NCBI RefSeq assembly: GCF_009914755.1
Contig: NC_060940.1
Direction: 5' to 3' (one strand)
DNA from: the human T2T-CHM13v2.0 reference genome, Homo sapiens
Length of the DNA stretch: 64,000 nt
A program made the translations under genes and the position numbers. Shown in pieces: positions 56,685 to 64,000 of this stretch. Below the pieces are notes generated by a model, which saw only the letters and a program-made list of their open reading frames with translations, ran no database searches and was not told where the DNA came from. The stretch's first letter is position 1; each line of letters begins with the position of its first letter.

Positions 56685-57808
56685 CAATAATGTGCTGGTA
56701 AATGTATAACAACCAGCTTGATAAAAAAGTTGCATGTATATATGTAAGTTAATTATAAAACTTACTGATACAAAGGAATGTAATACAGAATTTACAAATA
56801 ATAAAGTATACAGTTCTTTTTATGATAAATTCCATATGGCCAGTTGATTCTCCAAGAATTCTTTTGTTGATTTTTGTCAAACTCTCCTATTCATAGACAA
56901 CCTACAGTTGCAATTGACAAATGAGTATAGTTCTGACATGAATATTTGTTGGTATTTTTGTTTTTTTTTTAAATGAGGAAGATATAAGTGAAACAACTAA
57001 AATATCTATCAAAAATTTAATTTTTTGTCATCAGCATAAGAGACTTCTTGTTGAATTGATGATTAATATCATTTTCTTTCTTTTCTTTTTTTTTGTTTTT
57101 CCAGAGACACAGCCTTGCTCTGTTGCCCAAGCTGGGGTACAGTGGTATGATCATAGCTCACTGCCACCTTGAACTCCTGAGATCAAGCGATCCTCCTGCC
57201 TCGGCTTCCAACTAGCTAGAACTACACACTTGTCACCCCATATGGCTAATTTTTAATTTTTTTTTTAAGAGCCGGGGTCTTGTTATGTTGCCCAGGCTGG
57301 TCTTGAGCTCCTGGTCTCAAGTGATTCTCCTGCTTCAGCCTCCCAAAGTGCTGGGATTATAGGTGTGAACCACTGCTCCTAGCTTTCATCAGTTTCTTGA
57401 AGTCCAGATCATCCATAAAACAATAAATCAAGCCCTGCTTTGTGGTGTTTGCTGATTTCCACGGTGTAAAGACTTCTACTATGGCCAGTTTAAAACAACA
57501 TGATGTCACTAACCCTGAAGTGGGGAAGAGATGCACAGGAGCACACAAGCACATACTATTTTCACTATAAAGTTACAATAGATATAAATAACCCCAAGAG
57601 CACGGATCATAGGAGAATAATTAGAAAGTGATGATTTTTAAGAATTACTAACTTTTGTTTTTAATATAATTTATTTGATTGTAAATTTATATGATTTGAT
57701 TTTTAATGGTAGATGTATTTAACAACCCACTGACACTTTTTTTTTTTTTGGAAAATTGAACTATTGACCTTTGCAAGCTGGTATGAACGACCTCCAGCAT
57801 AGACACTG
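56685..57808 (-). mobile_element. MER63 (hAT-Blackjack) DNA transposon containing AluJ (57072-57383, -)
   Basis: TIR-like ends caataatgtgctgg / ccagcatagacactg; body matches recalled MER63 consensus; inserted in a MIR. Confidence 0.75.
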
Positions 57809-58393
57809 AATGGGATAAAATAATGCAAGACCTAATACATTTTAGTTACTCAAAATAATTTAGCTATTATTGTTAGTAGTAGTAGTAGTGATAGTGATAC
57901 TACATAAGTAGTATTTTAACACTACTTCTTACCCACTAAGAGATATCTGCCCTGTAACATGTTGATTTAGTCACAAATTGTGACTAATTTTCTTCATTTG
58001 TGAAATGGAGTTCACAATCCTGTCTCTATTTCCTAGAAGTCTCAGTGAAATGTATGGAAACACTTTGGGAATGCTATGTGTCTGGAAACTGGGTAGGGCC
58101 AGGTAGAGCCACAGAGACAGCAGCAAGTATAGGCAGCTTATACTTGTGATGTGTGTGTGTATGTGTGTACAAATACTTTTAAGATATTGAGATAAAATGT
58201 CAAACACTGGAGTGCACACATCTGAAGTCTACAATTTGGGCTTTGACAAGTGTGTGACTGATAACATTTCCATCACTGTAGGGGGTTCCCTAATGCCCTT
58301 TTCCAGTTCAGTCCTTCCACTCCCACCATAGGCTATGAATGTTCTTATTTTTGTCAACATAGATCCATTTTGTCTGTTTTTGAACTTAATATA

Positions 58394-58723
58394 CAATCAT
58401 CCATCATTTAACAACGGAGAATTGCTCTGAGCAATACATTGGTAGGTGATTTTGTTATTGCGTGAACATTACAGAGTGTACTTACACAAACCTGTATGGT
58501 ATAGCCTACTACATACACACCTAGGCTATCTGGTATAGCCTATTGCTTCTAGGTTACAAACATGTAGTGCACGTATACTGTACTGAATGCCACAGGCAAT
58601 TGTAACATAGTGGTATTTGTGCATCCAAACATAGCTAAATATAGGAAAGGTACAGTGAAAATATGAAATAATCTTACGAAACCATCATCATTGACTGAGA
58701 CATCATTATACAGTGCATGACTG
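58394..58723 (-). mobile_element. Tigger3a (MER7) DNA transposon
   Basis: TA TSDs; TIR-like caatcat.../gcatgactg; gagtgtacttacacaaacc...ggtatagcctattgct. Confidence 0.88.
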
Positions 58724-60365
58724 TAAATGCAGTCATACATGTGTAATCTTTTATGTCTGGCTTAGTTTGCCCAACATTATGTTATTGAATCCATCCATAT
58801 TTAGCATGTATCAGTAGTTCTTTAGTTTTGCTTGCTGAGTATCCCACTTGTAATTCACTTATTAATGGACATTGGGGTGGTTTCCAGTTTGGGGCTATTA
58901 TAACTAAAATTTCTATGAGCATTCTTACACATGTATTTGGGGGACCACATATATTTTCATCTCCTTTGGGTAAATACTACCTACGAGTAGAATTGCTTGG
59001 TCATTGGTAAGATTTACTTCAGACACCTACCTAGGGTGGTTGTACTAATTTATATACCCACTATCAATGTGTGGGACTTCTGGCTGCTCCAGATTTCTGC
59101 CAATATTTAGTGTTGTCAGTGTTTTTAATTTTAGTTATTATCGTGGGTGTGTAGAAGTATCTCATGTGGTTATAATTTGTATTTCCTTGAAGACCAATAA
59201 CATTGAGCAATTTTTTGCAAGTGTATTCTATGACATTTACATATGTTCCTTCATTAAGTGCCTATTCAAATTTGTGCTTATTGTTTATTGAATTGTTAAT
59301 ATCTGTTATTATTGAGTTGTAGGACTTCCTTATATATCATAATTTTTAGCCTTTCATCAAGGATTTGTTTTGCAAATATTTTCTCCCAGACCATGGCTTG
59401 CCTATTAATATTATTAACAAGACCTTTTGATGACCATTTAAAAAAGTTGATGGATTCTAAGTTATTATTTTTTCTCTATTGTTATTGTTGTTTATATCTT
59501 ATCTAATGAATTTTTGCCTACCCCCCAGGTAGTGAAGATAGTCTTCTGTGCTTTTTTTCTACATTTTTATAGTTTTAGCTTTTACATTTAAGTCTATGAT
59601 CTATCTCAATTTGTGTACGGTGTGAGGTAGGGGTTAAAGTTCCCTTTCCACCTTCTATTTATACAGTTGTTTCAGCACTATTTGTTGAGAAAACTTCTTT
59701 CTTTAAGTTGCCTGGATGACTTTCTTGAGAATCAAATGATTGTATATGTGTGAATCTTCTTCTGGTCTCTCTATTCTATTCTATTGATCAATTTTTCTAT
59801 ACTTTTCATTACTATACTATTTTGGTTATTATGGCTTTATAGGAAATCTTGAAATCAAATCATATGAATGCTTCAATTTTGTCTTTTTTCTCTCTCAAAA
59901 TTGTTTTGGCTATTCAAGCTCCTTTGAATTTTGATGTAAATTTAGGAATCAACTTGTAAATCTATACAAAAATAAACTTTCTGGGATTTTGATTGAGACT
60001 GTCTTGAATATTTATATTAATTCTGGGACAATGGACATCTTAACAACATTGAGCTTTCAATCTATGAACATGGTATATCTATTTATTGAGGCCTGATTTC
60101 ATTCCCCACAGCAAAGTTTTTTAGTTTTTGGTGTGGAGTTTTGTTCATATGTTGTTACATTTATTCCTTATTATGTTTTATATATTATGGCAATGGTATA
60201 ATTTTTAAATTTATTTACAATAGTAGTATTTTATTTACTATTATATACAAATATAATTGTTTTTTGTATATTAACCTTGTTTCCTGCAATCTTATTCAAT
60301 CCACCTCTTAGTTTGAATAGTATTTTTGGTAGGTTGCTTAGGATTTTTCTATCTAAACAATCATT

Positions 60366-61067
60366 GTCTAAGGCAGCTCAGGCTGTCAAAACAAAATACC
60401 ATAAACTGGGTGGCTCAAACAACAGACATTGGCTGGGTGCCATGGCTCAGGCCTGTAAGGCCAGCACTTTGGGAGGCCAAGGTGAGTGGATCACCTGAGG
60501 TCAGGAGTTCAAGGCTAGCCTGGTCAACATGTTGAAACCCTGTCTCTACTAAAAATGCAAAAATTAGCCAGGCATGGTGGTGCACCTCTATAATCCCAGC
60601 TACTCAAGAAGCTGAGTGGGAGAATTGCTTGAACCTGGCAGGCAGAGGTTGCAGTGAGCCAAGATGGTGCCACTGCCTTCCAGCCTGGGCAACAGAGCAA
60701 GACTCCGTCAAACAAAAACAAAAACAAAAACAAGAAAACCTAGACATTTATTTCTCAGTTCTGGAGGCTGGTAACTGTATCACCAGATTTGGTTCTTGGT
60801 GAGGGCCCTCTTTCTGGCTTGCAAATGACTACCTTCTCTTTGTAGCTTCACATGGCAGAGAGAGGACACTGATATTTCTTCCTCTAAGAAGTGGTGGCAG
60901 TACTTATATGGGTACTAATCCCATCATAAGGGCTTCACCGTCCTGAGCTCATCTAAATCTAATTACCTCACAAAAGTCTCACCTCCTAATACTATCACAT
61001 TGGGGGGTTTAAGCTTCAACATAGCCTCCTTCTCCTGAGGAGGAGACATAAATATTTAGTCAATAAT
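60366..61067 (-). mobile_element. MLT1A-type LTR split by AluSx (60431-60738, +)
   Basis: aaaataccataaactgggtggct...tttatttctcagttctggaggctgg; Alu TSD agacatt. Confidence 0.88.
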
Positions 61068-61159
61068 AATAATGTAATCTAGAAATAAATGTAACTATTT
61101 CTTCTTGATATTTATGGCTTTCAATTAGTTTTCCTCTTCTTTAAAAAAAAATGTTTTTT

Positions 61160-61275
61160 AAGCCTACAGCACCCGGTATTCCCTTGAAGTCTCCCATCCA
61201 AGCACTAACCAGGCCTGACCCTGCTTAGGTTCATAAGATCAGATGAGATAGGGCATATTCATGGTGATATGGCTA

Positions 61276-61280
<5 letters not shown>
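61160..61280 (-). pseudogene. 5S rRNA pseudogene (RNA5SP-type retrocopy)
   Basis: Reverse complement of full-length 5S rRNA (aagcctacagcacccggtattccc...gtctcccatccaag...gaccctgcttag...tatggc), roughly 80-85% identity by eye, short A tail. Confidence 0.95.

Positions 61281-61323
<43 letters not shown>
61278..61323. repeat. (CA)n microsatellite
   Basis: ~22 perfect CA units abutting the 5S copy. Confidence 0.97.
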
Positions 61324-61325
<2 letters not shown>

Positions 61326-63645
61326 TATTTTAGGACGAAAGATGTTGCTAAATAAATTCTTTTTCTTACCTCCATTGCACTGACAAAAATCCCCAATACA
61401 TACTGAATAGAAATACTTAGAAGAGACATACTTGCCTTGTTCTCGATCTCTGCAAGGAAGTATTAAATATTTTGTCATAAGTATGATCCTTATTGTAGGT
61501 TTGTTTGTTTTTAGTTTCCTTTTATTACGTAGAGGAAAGTTTTCTTCTATTTCTAGTTTCTTGCTAGCTTTTGAGTGGGTGTTAAATTTGTTAAATGATT
61601 TTTATGAATCTATTAAGATGATCATATAGTTTTTCCTCTATTTTGTTAATGTGGTAAATTACATGGCTTGCCTTTCAAATATAAAATGAATCTTGCATGC
61701 AGAAATACATTTCATTTTGTTGACATAATGTATTATCCTTTTTATATATTGCTGTATTCTATTTGTTAATATTTTGTTAATGATTTGAACTTATGGATAC
61801 GAGGGAGATTGTACATATTGTGCAATTTTCTTTTATTATAATATTGGCATCTAGATTTTTTGTGGTATCTTATCTTTTTATTGTGGTAAAATGAACATAA
61901 CATAAAATTCACCATTTTAACTATCTTAAAGTGTACAATTCAGTGGCATTTAGAATTTGCATAATGTTTTGCAACCATCACCATGATCTAGTTCAAGATC
62001 ATTTTCACCAACCCCAAAGAAAATCCTATATAACAACTCCTAATCCTTTTCTGCCTTTTGTCCTGTAGCAACCAGTAATATGTTTTCTGAACCTATGGAT
62101 CTGTCTTTATATCCTAGATATTTCATACAAATGAATTATACAGTATATGGCTTTTGTGCCTAGTTCTCTCACTTAGCATCATAATGTTTAAGACATGTAT
62201 CAATGTTGTAACTTGTATCAGGACTATATTACCTTTTGTGGTTGAGTAATATCCCATTATATGAATATCCCATATTTTGTTTATTTATTCATCAATTGAT
62301 GAACATTTGGGTATTTTTACCTTTTGTCTATTGTGAATATTGCTACTATGAACATTTGTGTACAAGCTTTTGTTTGAAAACCTATTTCCAATTCTCTTGG
62401 GTATACACCTAGGAGTGGACGGGCTGGGTCAGACGGTAATTCGATGCTTAACTTATTGAAGAACTGCCAAACTGCTTTCCAAAGTGGCTGCACCATTTTA
62501 CATTTCCACCAGCAGTTCATGAGGGCTTCACATTCTCCACATTCTCACCAAAACTTGTTATTTTCCATTTGTTTTATTATAGCCAACCTAGGGATAACTC
62601 ATTGTAGTTTTGATTTGCATTTTGTTTATGATTAATGCCATTGAACATTATTTCATGTGCTTCTTGGGATTTTCTATATCTTCCTAAGAAAATGATTATT
62701 CAAGTCCTTTTCCCACATTTTGATTGAATTGTCTTTTGCTTGTTGAGTTATAAGATAATACATATTAGATACTATACTTAGCAGATATATTATTTGCAAA
62801 TATTTTCTTTAATTTTTAAGATTTTTTATCGCTCTCTTGATAGTGTTCTTTGATGCAGAAAAGTTTCTAATTTTGATTAATTCCAATTTATCCATTTTTT
62901 TCTTTTGTTGCTTGTGTTTTCGGTATTATATCTAAAAAGCCATTGCCAAATTCAAAGTCATGAAGACTTAGCCTTACGTTTTCTTCTGAGAGTATTATTG
63001 TTTTAGCTTTTACATTTAGGTCTTTGATCTATTTTGAGGTAATTTTTGTATAACGTGTGAAGCAAGGGTCCAACTGAATTCTTTTGCTTGCAGATATGCA
63101 GTCATTCAGCATACTTGTTGAAAACTCTATGCTTTTTCCCATCGAATGATCTTGGTTGGCACCCTTGTCAAAACAATTGACCATAGATGTAGTGGTTTTA
63201 TTTTCATGTTTTGATTATAGACCATTCTCAATTCTATTCTATTGACCTATACATGTATCCTATGGCAGTACCACTCTATTTTGATCTATGACTTTGTGGT
63301 GAGTTTTGAAAACAGGAAACATGAATATTACAAATGTATTATTCTTTTTCAGGATTTTCTGGTTATTCGGGGTTCCTTGCAATTCCACATGAATTTTAAG
63401 TCAGGTTTTTCGTTTTTTGCATAAAAGGCCATTGGGGTTTTGATAGGGATTGCATTGAATCTGTAGATTACTTTGGGTAATATTGACATTTTAACTATTT
63501 TAACTCTTCAAATCTATAAACACAAGATGTTTTTTCATTTATTTAGGGCTTCTTTTATTTTTCAGCAGTGTTTTATAGTTTTTAGTGTCAGTCTTGCATC
63601 TCCTTGGTTAAATTTATTACTAGGTATTCTTTTTCATACTATTAA

Positions 63646-63972
<327 letters not shown>

Positions 63973-64000
63973 TGGAATTGTTTCTTAACTTTACATATTA

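Overview
Primate, almost certainly human, non-coding genomic DNA. I cannot support any protein-coding gene: the ORFs are Alu, L1, LTR or low-complexity translations, or chance frames. Interspersed repeats dominate: ~20 Alu/FLAM elements, long mostly minus-strand old L1 tracts, ERV1 solo LTRs (MER41B, MER41A, MER50), MLT2/MLT1/MSTA LTRs, an ERVL provirus remnant, DNA transposons (MER63, MER91A, MER102, MER5A, Tigger3) and MIR/L2. A full-length 5S rRNA pseudogene lies at ~61160-61280 (-). Four repeat-free islands rich in homeodomain/POU motifs look like developmental enhancers (~6.4-7.1 kb, ~27.7-28.9 kb, ~32.8-33.5 kb with an orphan CpG island, ~54.9-55.2 kb). I found no convincing new biological system. 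The most unusual signals are: (i) locally templated insertions with snap-back hairpins at their junctions (47522-47632 copied from 48671-48781; 10518-10586 inverted from 11103-11168; 21509-21564); (ii) an inverted MER41B/MER41A pair bracketing an enhancer-like island, with the MER41B keeping two GAS motifs; (iii) a double TAATGARAT plus octamer cluster; (iv) a C31 homopolymer. Repeat family names come from recalled consensus sequences, not a RepeatMasker run, and boundaries without a target-site duplication (TSD) are approximate.
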